Origin: Ignavibacteria bacterium | GTDB taxonomy: Bacteria; Bacteroidota; Ignavibacteria; Kapaibacteriales; UBA961 | Direction of reading: 5' to 3' | DNA length: 64,000 nt | Assembly: GCA_016873735.1 (NCBI GenBank) | Contig: VGWD01000003.1 | Coordinates: 36,207-100,206, forward strand | Part shown: one piece after another, positions 49,062-58,500 of the stretch | Numbering within the stretch: the stretch's first letter is position 1 | Layout of the letters: each line of letters begins with the position of its first letter | The notes under the pieces: model-generated | The model's database searches: none | What the model was told of the DNA's origin: nothing | What the model saw: only the letters and a program-made list of their open reading frames with translations | Program-made: the position numbers and the translations under genes

Positions 49062-52000
49062 ATGTATCAACCCTTACCTGAAAAACTACATTATCCCGAG
49101 TTGGAAAAGGAACTCCTTGCCTTTTGGGACGAGCGCGGAATTTTCGAGAAAACGCTTTCAGCGCGGAAAGATTCACCTGTCTTTAGTTTTTTCGAGGGCC
49201 CACCAACAGTCAATGGTAATCCCGGTATTCATCATTTAATGGCAAGAACTGATAAAGACCTTGTTTGTCGTTACAAAACGATGACAAATCATTATGTACG
49301 TCGCCAAGCCGGATGGGATACTCATGGTTTACCCGTCGAAATTGCAGTTGAAAAACAATTAGGCCTTGTTAACAAATCAGAAATCGAAGTCATGGGTATT
49401 GATAAATTCAATGCCACTTGCAGAGACTTTGTTTACAGCAATATAGAAAGAGACATGGGTTGGGGTGAGTTTACCAAGCGGATGGGTTATTGGGTGGACA
49501 TGAAAACTGCTTATGTAACATGCACCAATGAATATGTTGAGTCCGTCTGGTGGGCATTGAAGTCTTTTTTTGATAAAGGGCTTATTTACAAGGGCTACAA
49601 AGTTGTTCCACAATCTCCTACAATTGAAACCCCATTGAGTTCGCATGAACTCTCTTTGGGCTATCGAGAAGTAAAAGATCCTAGTGTCTATTTAAAACTT
49701 TCCATTTTGCATTCACCAATTCCTGAATTGGTCAATGCTTCAATCTTGGTGTGGACAACAACCCCGTGGACGCTTTTTTCAAATGTTGCCCTTGCTATAG
49801 GCGAAGATATCGACTATGTGCTTGCCGAATCGAAACATGCAGATAACGAACCTGCATATTATGTCATAGCTCAATCATTGCAGGGTTTACTTGGTGAAGG
49901 AATTATGATCTTAAAGACATTTAAGGGGAAAGACATAATAGGATCAACGTATGAACAGATATTCCCTTATTGCCAGATAGACAAAATTCTTCATCCGAAT
50001 GCTTTGACAATTCTGCCGGGTACATTTGTGTCAACCGAAGACGGTACAGGGGTAGTTCATATATCCCCTGCCTTTGGTGTAGATGACTTTGAATTGGCGA
50101 AGAAATACGACTTACCGGTCTTGCAGCCTGTTACTCCAAATGGACATTTTACTGATGAAATAACTCCATTTGCGGGTAGGGCTATCAAAACCTTTAAGTA
50201 TGCAGATCATGTTGAAGAAGGTTCCGACAAAGACATCATCATAGCATTAAAGACAGCAAAAAAGATTTATAAATCATCATTTGATTATGTGCACAGTTAT
50301 CCCCATTGTTGGCGCACAGACAATCCTGTGATGTATTATGCGAGAAATTCCTGGTTCATAAAGTCTCCTTCTTATAAGCAGTCAATGATTGATCTGAATA
50401 TGACAATACATTGGCAACCACAGGAAATTGGTACCGGTCGTTTCGGAAATTGGTTGGAAGAAGTAAAGGATTGGTCGCTCAGCAGAGACAGATATTGGGG
50501 TACTCCTTTGCCTATTTGGGTTAGTGAAGACAAAGAAGACATGTTTGCCATTGGATCGATCGAGGAATTGTCAAAGGGAGAGTATGAATGCCCCGATGGT
50601 TATTTTGTCCCTGTCCCGGAAGCCCCTTTGCCTTTGGATTTACATAGACCCTTTGTTGATAATGTAATTTTCAGAAAAAATGGCAAAGTGTATCGTAGAA
50701 CAACAGAAGTCATTGATGTTTGGTTTGATTCAGGATGTGTGCCTTTTGCGCAATTTCATTATCCATTCGAAAATGTAGAACTTTTCTCATCTCAATTTCC
50801 TGCGGATTTCATATCCGAAGGTATTGATCAAACCAGAGGTTGGTTTTACACACTTCACAATATAGCAACAGCATTATTCGAAAAGCCGGCTTTCAAAAGC
50901 ATCATCGTTAATGAACTTGTTTTGGATAAAAACGGCCTGAAAATGTCAAAAAGTAGGGGCAATACTGTTGATCCGTTTCAGATGATGGATCTATATGGTG
51001 CAGATGCGGTTCGTTGGTATTTCATGGTGAATAATCCACCTTGGAGGCCAACATTGTTCAATGAAACAGACATCGCAAAGACAGTGATTGCTGACTTTTT
51101 TCGAACATTGACCAATACCTACTCCTTTTATGCTCTTTATGCCAATATCGATCAAATTGATGGAAATGAGGGAGTAATTCCACATAATGAACGACCTGAG
51201 ATTGACAAATGGATCATTTCCAGAGTACATACCGTGCTTCGTCAATTTCATCAGTATATGGAGGCATATGATGTATTCAGAGCTTGCAGAATTGTTCAAG
51301 AATTCATGATAAATGATGTTTCGAATTGGTATGTGAGAAGAAATCGGAGAAGATTTTGGAAGGGTGAAAAGGATAGCGATAAACTCGCAGCCTATCAAAC
51401 TTTGCGTGATGTGCTGATTCATGTCTTGTCCATGATGGCACCTGCGGCGCCATTTTTACCAGAAGTTTTATTCAGAAGGTTGAGAGTTAATTCCGATGTT
51501 GAATCAATTCACATGAGACTCCTATCCCCTGGTGACTTGTCTTTGATAGATGTCGATTTTGAAAGAAGAATGTCATTGGCTCAAACAATCGTATTCTTGG
51601 CCAGATCACTTCGTGAAAAATCAAAAATCAAGACGCGTCAGCCACTTCGAAGAATACTTATTCCGGTGATTTCTCCTCAACAAAGAAGAGATATTCAAGC
51701 AGTTGAATCCATCATCAAAGATGAGATCAACATTAAAGAAGTAGAGTATGTAAGTGAAGAAGCAGGTATCGTAAAAAGGTCTGTAAAAGCCAATTTCAAG
51801 GCATTGGGCAAGAGATTTGGTAAACAAACTCAAACCGTTGCTACCATCATATCCACTTTGAGTGAGCAACAAATCAAGTCCCTGATTCAAGATCAAACAC
51901 TACCCATTTCTCTTGATGGAGTAGATCAGCTGATCAATTTGGATGAAGTAGATGTCATGACTCAAGACATGGAAGGTTGGCTTGTCGCAAATGAAGGATC

Positions 52001-52301
52001 ATTAACTGTAGCGCTTGATACAGAAATTGATGAATCTTTGAAACAAGAAGGCATAGCACGCGAATTTGTAAATAGAATTCAGAACCTCAGAAAGAGTATC
52101 GGACTACATGTAACAGATAGAGTAAATGTAAAATTTTCTGCATCAAAAGAAATTTGTGATGCAATTATCAAATTATCTGATTATGTTTGTAATGAAATTT
52201 TGTGCACAAGTTGTGAATATGTAGAACATATAGCTGAAGATGTTCACACACTTGAAATCGAACAAGACATCATTCTAGTCAACATCACAAAGTTTCATTG
52301 A
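49062..52301 (+). CDS. ileS: isoleucyl-tRNA synthetase (long, type 2-like form)
   Basis: Class I HIGH-region context (PPTVNGNPGIHHLMART), KMSKS (LKMSKSRGN), and the editing-domain and anticodon-binding organisation of IleRS. 1079 aa. Confidence 0.9.
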   Translation: MYQPLPEKLHYPELEKELLAFWDERGIFEKTLSARKDSPVFSFFEGPPTVNGNPGIHHLMARTDKDLVCRYKTMTNHYVRRQAGWDTHGLPVEIAVEKQLGLVNKSEIEVMGIDKFNATCRDFVYSNIERDMGWGEFTKRMGYWVDMKTAYVTCTNEYVESVWWALKSFFDKGLIYKGYKVVPQSPTIETPLSSHELSLGYREVKDPSVYLKLSILHSPIPELVNASILVWTTTPWTLFSNVALAIGEDIDYVLAESKHADNEPAYYVIAQSLQGLLGEGIMILKTFKGKDIIGSTYEQIFPYCQIDKILHPNALTILPGTFVSTEDGTGVVHISPAFGVDDFELAKKYDLPVLQPVTPNGHFTDEITPFAGRAIKTFKYADHVEEGSDKDIIIALKTAKKIYKSSFDYVHSYPHCWRTDNPVMYYARNSWFIKSPSYKQSMIDLNMTIHWQPQEIGTGRFGNWLEEVKDWSLSRDRYWGTPLPIWVSEDKEDMFAIGSIEELSKGEYECPDGYFVPVPEAPLPLDLHRPFVDNVIFRKNGKVYRRTTEVIDVWFDSGCVPFAQFHYPFENVELFSSQFPADFISEGIDQTRGWFYTLHNIATALFEKPAFKSIIVNELVLDKNGLKMSKSRGNTVDPFQMMDLYGADAVRWYFMVNNPPWRPTLFNETDIAKTVIADFFRTLTNTYSFYALYANIDQIDGNEGVIPHNERPEIDKWIISRVHTVLRQFHQYMEAYDVFRACRIVQEFMINDVSNWYVRRNRRRFWKGEKDSDKLAAYQTLRDVLIHVLSMMAPAAPFLPEVLFRRLRVNSDVESIHMRLLSPGDLSLIDVDFERRMSLAQTIVFLARSLREKSKIKTRQPLRRILIPVISPQQRRDIQAVESIIKDEINIKEVEYVSEEAGIVKRSVKANFKALGKRFGKQTQTVATIISTLSEQQIKSLIQDQTLPISLDGVDQLINLDEVDVMTQDMEGWLVANEGSLTVALDTEIDESLKQEGIAREFVNRIQNLRKSIGLHVTDRVNVKFSASKEICDAIIKLSDYVCNEILCTSCEYVEHIAEDVHTLEIEQDIILVNITKFH

Positions 52302-52368
52302 TAACAGAAAAAATAAATGCATCCCGCATTTAGTTTTGTTTTGTTTTATTATTTAAGGTGTATGCTGT

Positions 52369-52710
52369 ATGGCCTCAACTAAGAAACCCGCAGCTAAGAA
52401 AGCGGCTAAGAAAGCGGCTAAGCCAGCGGCTAAGAAAGCAGCTAAGCCAGCTGCTAAGAAAGCGGCTAAGCCAGCTGCTAAGAAAGCGGCTAAGCCAGCT
52501 GCTAAGAAAGCGGCTAAGCCAGCTGCCAAGAAAGCAGCTAGACCGGCTGCAAAGAAAGCTGCGAAAAAAGCAGCAAAACCGGCAGCAAGAAAAGCAGCTA
52601 AGCCGGCAGCAAAGAAAGTAGCGGCAAAACCGGCGGCTAAGAAAGCTAAGCCGGCAGCAAGAAAAGCAGCAAGACCGGCAGCTAAGAAAGCTGCCGTAAA
52701 AAAAAAGTAA
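52369..52710 (+). CDS. histone H1-like / nucleoid-associated Lys-Ala repeat protein
   Basis: 113 aa made almost entirely of AAKKAAKP-type octapeptide repeats. It ends AAVKKK-stop inside an A9 run. Confidence 0.65.
   Translation: MASTKKPAAKKAAKKAAKPAAKKAAKPAAKKAAKPAAKKAAKPAAKKAAKPAAKKAARPAAKKAAKKAAKPAARKAAKPAAKKVAAKPAAKKAKPAARKAARPAAKKAAVKKK
52390..52700 (+). repeat. 24-nt tandem repeat array (gctgctaagaaagcggctaagcca-like units) encoding the AAKKAAKP repeats
   Basis: At least three units are identical at DNA level (about 52446-52517). Flanking units become progressively more diverged towards 52700. Confidence 0.6.
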
Positions 52711-53018
52711 GTCCCAGTAAAGGACCGAAAACTGCTAAAGTCACAACCAAGAAGCAGATAAAGACTTCGCCAAAAACAATAGTCAGCAAGTCTCCTGTTT
52801 CAACTAAAAAGGTTGCGAAGTCATCTTCGGCGGCTGGTTCAGCCAAAGCCGGAAAAAAACAAGCGAAGCCAGTTGTTAAGAGTGCCAAGCCGGTATCTCC
52901 GAAGCGATCGGCTTCGCTTTCTGTTTCAAAGAGAGAAAAAGTCACATCAAAGTCACCTGTCACCACAACTACAAAAGCTACGGTCAAGCCCAATAAGGCT
53001 GCTGATCAAAAGAGCATT

Positions 53019-53753
53019 ATGCCCCAAAAAGAAAAAACAAATTCAAAATCAGCAAAGAATGTAAAGTCGGATGATACAAAGAAAGGCAAAGCAGACCAAC
53101 CAGAAGTAGTGCCTAGACCGGATGAGCCAATCATAGATTTGGGCATTCCAATGCCCCCTCTTCAATTGAATCTTCAAGAGAAGAAGCCGGCTGGTAGATC
53201 TAAATCAGGGAACAAGGCTTCTGAAAAACCAACGGCTGCAGGTCTTGAGGCGATGAAAATGCCAGAAGGAAAAGGAGCAGCTGCTTTTGCAATGAGACCT
53301 AAAGAGGAAAAACCAATAATCATCCCATCCAAAAAGAAGGTTCGTTATTCAGACACCGATCTTAAAATGTTCAAGCAACATATATTGAGGATCAAAGAAG
53401 ATGCTTTTGACGAAATGCGGATGCTCAGAGAACGTTTGGAGGATCTTACAAATGCAGAGTTGGCTTCTGAAACAATGATATATTCTGTGCATATGGCTGA
53501 ACAAGGTTCAGAAGCATTGGAAAAAGAAAAGACATATGCTCAAATGAACAGAATCATTGACTATATCAAGAAACTCGACGATGCTTTAAAGCGCATTGAT
53601 GACAAAACATATGGCATTTGCAAAGAATGTAATATTCTGATTGCGAAGGCTCGTCTGCTTGCTGTTCCAATTACGACTCAATCGGCATCATTTAAGATTC
53701 ATGGAAGATGTCCTGCAAATGGCGTTGATATTATTTCCGGTAGAAATGAATGA
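53019..53753 (+). CDS. DksA/TraR-family C4-type zinc-finger protein (conservative ATG start; the reading frame is open and H1-tail-like from 52707)
   Basis: C-terminal coiled-coil plus DksA/TraR-like finger region (DDALKRIDDKTYGICKECNILIAKARLL). The ileS - DksA-like - lspA order echoes Bacteroidota synteny. There is no ATG/GTG/TTG in frame between 52707 and 53019, although that stretch reads as SPKK-rich protein. Confidence 0.65.
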   Translation: MPQKEKTNSKSAKNVKSDDTKKGKADQPEVVPRPDEPIIDLGIPMPPLQLNLQEKKPAGRSKSGNKASEKPTAAGLEAMKMPEGKGAAAFAMRPKEEKPIIIPSKKKVRYSDTDLKMFKQHILRIKEDAFDEMRMLRERLEDLTNAELASETMIYSVHMAEQGSEALEKEKTYAQMNRIIDYIKKLDDALKRIDDKTYGICKECNILIAKARLLAVPITTQSASFKIHGRCPANGVDIISGRNE

Positions 53754-54352
53754 TTCGGCAGTCCACATCGGGGCAAACAACACCATATCTTGTAGTCGCT
53801 TTTGTACTTGTTCTCATTGATCAGATCACAAAGGTAGCTGTTAAGGGATATAATCTTTTTGGTTTTCGCCATGAAGGCATGCATTTGGGCGAGAGTTTCC
53901 CTGTTTTCGGAGAAATTGTTCGCATAACTTTTGTTGAAAATCCAGGCATGGCTTTTGGGGTTGAGTTTGGATCCGGTAAAATAGCTTTAACGCTATTTTC
54001 ATTGCTTGCTTCATTTGCTTTGGTGTATTATCTCAGAGTAATCAGTAATGCCAATAGATGGATTCGTATTGCAATAATGCTTATCCTCGCTGGCGCATTC
54101 GGAAATTTTATTGATCGAATGTTCTATGGTGTTCTATATGATGAGGGACCTCTATTCTATGGATTAGTGGTGGATTTTATACAAATCGACATACCCGATA
54201 CCACAATAGGAGCTTTGACCTATACTCATTGGCCAGTATTTAATGTTGCAGATTCATGTGTAACTTTCGGCATGATATTGCTGATATTGTTCAATAAGCA
54301 TCTACCCTATCCATTTACGGCTAAATCGCCAAATTTAGAAATCAAGGAGTAA
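53750..54352 (+). CDS. lspA: lipoprotein signal peptidase (signal peptidase II)
   Basis: LspA conserved boxes FVENPGMAFGV, NFIDRMFYG and FNVADSCVTFGMILLIL. ATGA overlap with the upstream stop. Confidence 0.85.
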   Translation: MIRQSTSGQTTPYLVVAFVLVLIDQITKVAVKGYNLFGFRHEGMHLGESFPVFGEIVRITFVENPGMAFGVEFGSGKIALTLFSLLASFALVYYLRVISNANRWIRIAIMLILAGAFGNFIDRMFYGVLYDEGPLFYGLVVDFIQIDIPDTTIGALTYTHWPVFNVADSCVTFGMILLILFNKHLPYPFTAKSPNLEIKE

Positions 54353-54353
54353 G

Positions 54354-55475
54354 GTGGACAGCATTAATCAATATCCTGATTATGTTGAAAAGACAGTTGA
54401 ACTCATCGTATCCAATGGTCAAGAGCCAATAAGACTCGATGTGTATATCACAAATGCCATCGCAAATGCAACACGTAACAAGGTTCAACTTGCCATAGAC
54501 AATGAGCAAGTGCATGTGCATGGAATTGCAAGAAAGGGTTCATACAAAGTTAAACCGGGAGATATAATCACCTGTGTATTTATGCGCCCTCCCCCATTGG
54601 AATTGCTGCCTGAAGATATTCCCCTCTCAATTCTGTATGAAGATGAATATGTACTTGTAATCAATAAACCTGCAGGACTTGTAGTTCATCCGGGTTTTGG
54701 AAACAGGTATGGTACACTTGTCAATGCGGTTCTTTGGCATATCGGTCATCGAGAAGCTATACCTCTGCTTGGATATAGCGAAGATGAAGATGAGTCAGAA
54801 ATCTCATTACCTGTAGATGATTTCATTGATGCAGTCAATATGAGTGATGATATTCTACGACCCGGAATAGTCCACAGATTGGATAAAGATACTTCAGGTT
54901 TAATGGTCATATCCAAACAAAGTTCTATCACACCTCAACTCACCAAACAATTCGCAGATAGAACAGTGCAAAGAGAATATATTGCATTGGCTTGGGGTAT
55001 TGTAAAAAAAGATCATGATATAATCGAGAATCAGTTAGCACCCTCGCCGAGAAATCGTAAGGTATTCGCTGTGGTGAACAAAGGTGGAAAAACAGCAAAG
55101 ACTGAATATGTCACGCGGTCAAGGGGGCCTTTTGCTTCCCTTCTTCAAATCAAACTTCATACCGGCAGAACACATCAGATTAGAGTCCATTGTTCAAGCA
55201 TGCATCATCCATTGATTGGCGATGCATCTTATGGAGGAAATGTAATTGCATATTCCGGTATAAAGTCTACAGCTTTGAAAAGAAAGGCTCAGGAATGCCT
55301 TGAAATAATGAAAAGGCAAGCGCTTCATGCCAGGATTCTGGGTTTTCAACATCCGGTTACACAAGAACATCTCCACTTTGAGCAACCCCCGCCAATGGAT
55401 TTTATACAGGTAGCCGAATTGGCTGGAATACAAATCCCCGATGATTTATTGGTATTCTACCCTGAGATAAAATAA
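54354..55475 (+). CDS. rluD: RluA-family 23S rRNA pseudouridine synthase (RluD-like) with S4 domain and an acidic insertion
   Basis: S4-like N-terminus (RLDVYITNAI...), catalytic Asp motif HRLDKDTSGLMV, and the HQIRVH motif. Confidence 0.8.
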   Translation: MDSINQYPDYVEKTVELIVSNGQEPIRLDVYITNAIANATRNKVQLAIDNEQVHVHGIARKGSYKVKPGDIITCVFMRPPPLELLPEDIPLSILYEDEYVLVINKPAGLVVHPGFGNRYGTLVNAVLWHIGHREAIPLLGYSEDEDESEISLPVDDFIDAVNMSDDILRPGIVHRLDKDTSGLMVISKQSSITPQLTKQFADRTVQREYIALAWGIVKKDHDIIENQLAPSPRNRKVFAVVNKGGKTAKTEYVTRSRGPFASLLQIKLHTGRTHQIRVHCSSMHHPLIGDASYGGNVIAYSGIKSTALKRKAQECLEIMKRQALHARILGFQHPVTQEHLHFEQPPPMDFIQVAELAGIQIPDDLLVFYPEIK

Positions 55476-55530
55476 CCTTCCTTTTACACCTCAAGATTTT
55501 TGTATTTTGATACAAAAAACTGGAGCAAAC

Positions 55531-58500
55531 ATGGTGCAGTTGTTCATTGCCATATTTCTTATTTGCTTTTCTTCATTGCTTGGCCAACAAACTCCTAATC
55601 AAACATGGTATTTTGGAAAATTCGGTGGTTTGAGGTTCAATAATGCAGTTGCAACACCAATTACAGGAAAATTGGATACATGGGAAGGGTGTGCAGTGCA
55701 TTCCGATCCGGCAACTGGAAATCCACTTCTATATTCAGATGGTAGAAAATTATATCAAGCAGATGGTACTGTTGTTCCCGGCGGTGATGCCATAAAGAGT
55801 GGTATATCCTCAACACAATGTTGCATCTTCATTCCTGATCCTGCTAATCCTCAAAGAGTTTACCTCTTTACCGCACCTGATCTCACAGGCATTGGAGCAA
55901 CTGAAACCAAGTCATTCTATTCCCACATAAGTTTGGAAGCTGCCCCTTCTATGCTATTGACAAATGCTGTCTTGCAGGATAATATGTCTGAAAAAATTGC
56001 CGGAACATATCATTGCGCCGACAATACTTACTGGGTACTGTATCACCATAAATCTCAATCGAGAATACTTGCTTATAAAGTTAGCGCTGGAGGAGTTTCA
56101 ACCAATCCGGTTATATCGACTTATAGCAACTTGAATAATTTCTATAATGTGGGAGCTATGAAAGTATCTCCCGATGGATCAAAACTCGTTGTTGTATCTG
56201 AAGCAGACGGTAATAGCTATTTACAAACAATCGTACTTTTTGATTTCAATTTGCAGACTGGACAGGCAACTAACCCTAAATTCATAGCCAAAAACAAATG
56301 TTATGGAAATTATGGAGCTGCATTTTCTCCCAATAACAATAAACTCTATACATCAGGGACTTTAGATAAACAACGATCTTCAGAATCAGCTTTGTTTCAA
56401 TTTGATTTATCTCAGAATAATGAAGCCGCAATTGCAGCATCAATGTGGACATTGCCTTTGGGGACCAGAAAGTTGTTCGGTCTGCAATTAGGGCCTGATG
56501 GAAAGATTTATGCTATATCAGATGTACCAAGCCATTTAGATGTGATCAATAAACCCAATATGTCCGGTCCTGATATTGGATATTCAATCAATGTGCTGAA
56601 TCACTTGGGTAGAACTGTTTTGGGATTACCTTCGGTGATTGACTATAATATTGCGGTCAGCAGTGATTCAGTTCTTGCATGTCCAAGTTCGGGTATAACG
56701 ATCGGTCCGGCATCATTACCTGGTTATACGTATTCATGGACCCCATCTGTGGGTTTGAGTAATCCAATGATTGCAAAACCAATAGCAAAACCAACACAAC
56801 CTACCACATATACTGTTTTTGTCACGAATCCTTTTGGATGCCAGATAAAACAGCAATATCATGTTAGTCTTCTTCCTCCGGTATCTGTAACTTATGAAGT
56901 GCCAACGAGCATCTGTAAGGGTGGAAAAGTCCAGTTGAAAGCTTTTGGAGCAAGTAGATATTCCTGGTTCCCATCATATGGATTGTCATCAACAACTATT
57001 TCAAATCCAATTGCTAGTCCTGATTCAACTACAACGTATTTTTTAGTTGCATCAAATAATGTTTGTTCAGATACAATACCAATTCGAGTAGATGTTGTTC
57101 CTTTTCCCATAGCTGATGCAGGATTAGATAAAGTAACATGTCCCGGAGGTAGTGTAGAAATTGGGTCAAAACCAAAATCAGGATATACATATGTTTGGTC
57201 TCCACAACAATATGTTTCAAATGCAAATTTATCCAAGACTATCGCTTCGCCTCCAACCAATAATTTTCCCTTTATCGTTAAAGTGACCAATGAATATGGT
57301 TGCATAGCTTATGATACTGTGCTCGTTCGGATAGAAAATACACTCACCGCAACTACATCTGCCGATACAACTATTTGTAGAGGAGATGCACTTCAATTGA
57401 GGGCATTCGGAGGCAGTACTTATAGATGGTTCCAAGGTAGTAATATATCGGATACAACTTCATCTTCCCCACTTGTCAGACCTGAAAAGAACACACTTTA
57501 TGGTGTTATCGTATCGAGTGGACTTTGTATAGATACTGCATTTGTAACTGTTAATGTTGTTGATGCAGTAGTTGCAGATGCAGGAAAAGATCAATCTACT
57601 TGCCCAGGTGAATCACTAAACTTAGGTACGGGTTTTCAAAATGGCGCTACTTATTCATGGTCTCCAACCACGTTTTTGAGTAATCCAAATAGCGCAACAC
57701 CCGTATGTACTCCAACTTTCTCAACTCAATATGTCTTGACCATTACATCTTCTTCAGGATGTACTTCTCGAGATACAATTACTGTTACTGTTGCTGATAA
57801 TTTGGAGATTGCATTACCTGCCGATACATCTACTTGTCCTGGAAAGCCAATTAGAATCAAAGCATCCGGTGGACAAACATATAGATGGTATCCACCCATT
57901 GGCATCGATGATACATTGTCCCCCCAACCAACTTTCTCTCCCGATCAAACAACAACTTATTATGTTGAAGCAAAAAATGGCAATTGCTCCGGATCCGATT
58001 CCATCACTATTCGCATTTTGCCATTACCTGCATTAGATGCCGGACAAAATCTTGCCATATGTAAGGGAGATTCAGTCTTATTGAAAGCAACAGGGGCAAC
58101 TTCGTATTCTTGGTTTATAAGTCAATTTGGCGATCTTGGTACTGGTGATCAAATTACCATTCAACCAAATACCTCTACACTGTATTATGTACGTGGTTCA
58201 AATGGTGCTTGTGAGGTCTTGGATAGTGTATTTGTGACTCTTAAATCACAACCTAAAATATCTGTAATTGGTGACACATTGATTTGTTTGGGTAAAACTG
58301 CTGCATTGAAGGCAACTGGTGCAGATACCTATGAATGGATAGACCATCCTTCAATTTTGTCCAAAAATGGTGATCAATCACTCGTTCAACCATCAGTCGA
58401 TACATATTTTTCTTTTAAAGGGATTAAAGATGGTTGTCCATCGATCATAGACAGCATACTTGTGAAAGTTCAGAAACAACTACCCATCATTCGATCATCA

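Noticed and set aside
52358-52993. ORFs 52358..52621(+), 52682..52993(-) and 52813..53064(+) over the Lys/Ala repeat region
   Set aside because: These are alternative reading frames of the low-complexity repeat (they translate to RKRLSQLL or acidic mirror sequences). The AAKK frame and its -1 continuation are the coherent ones.
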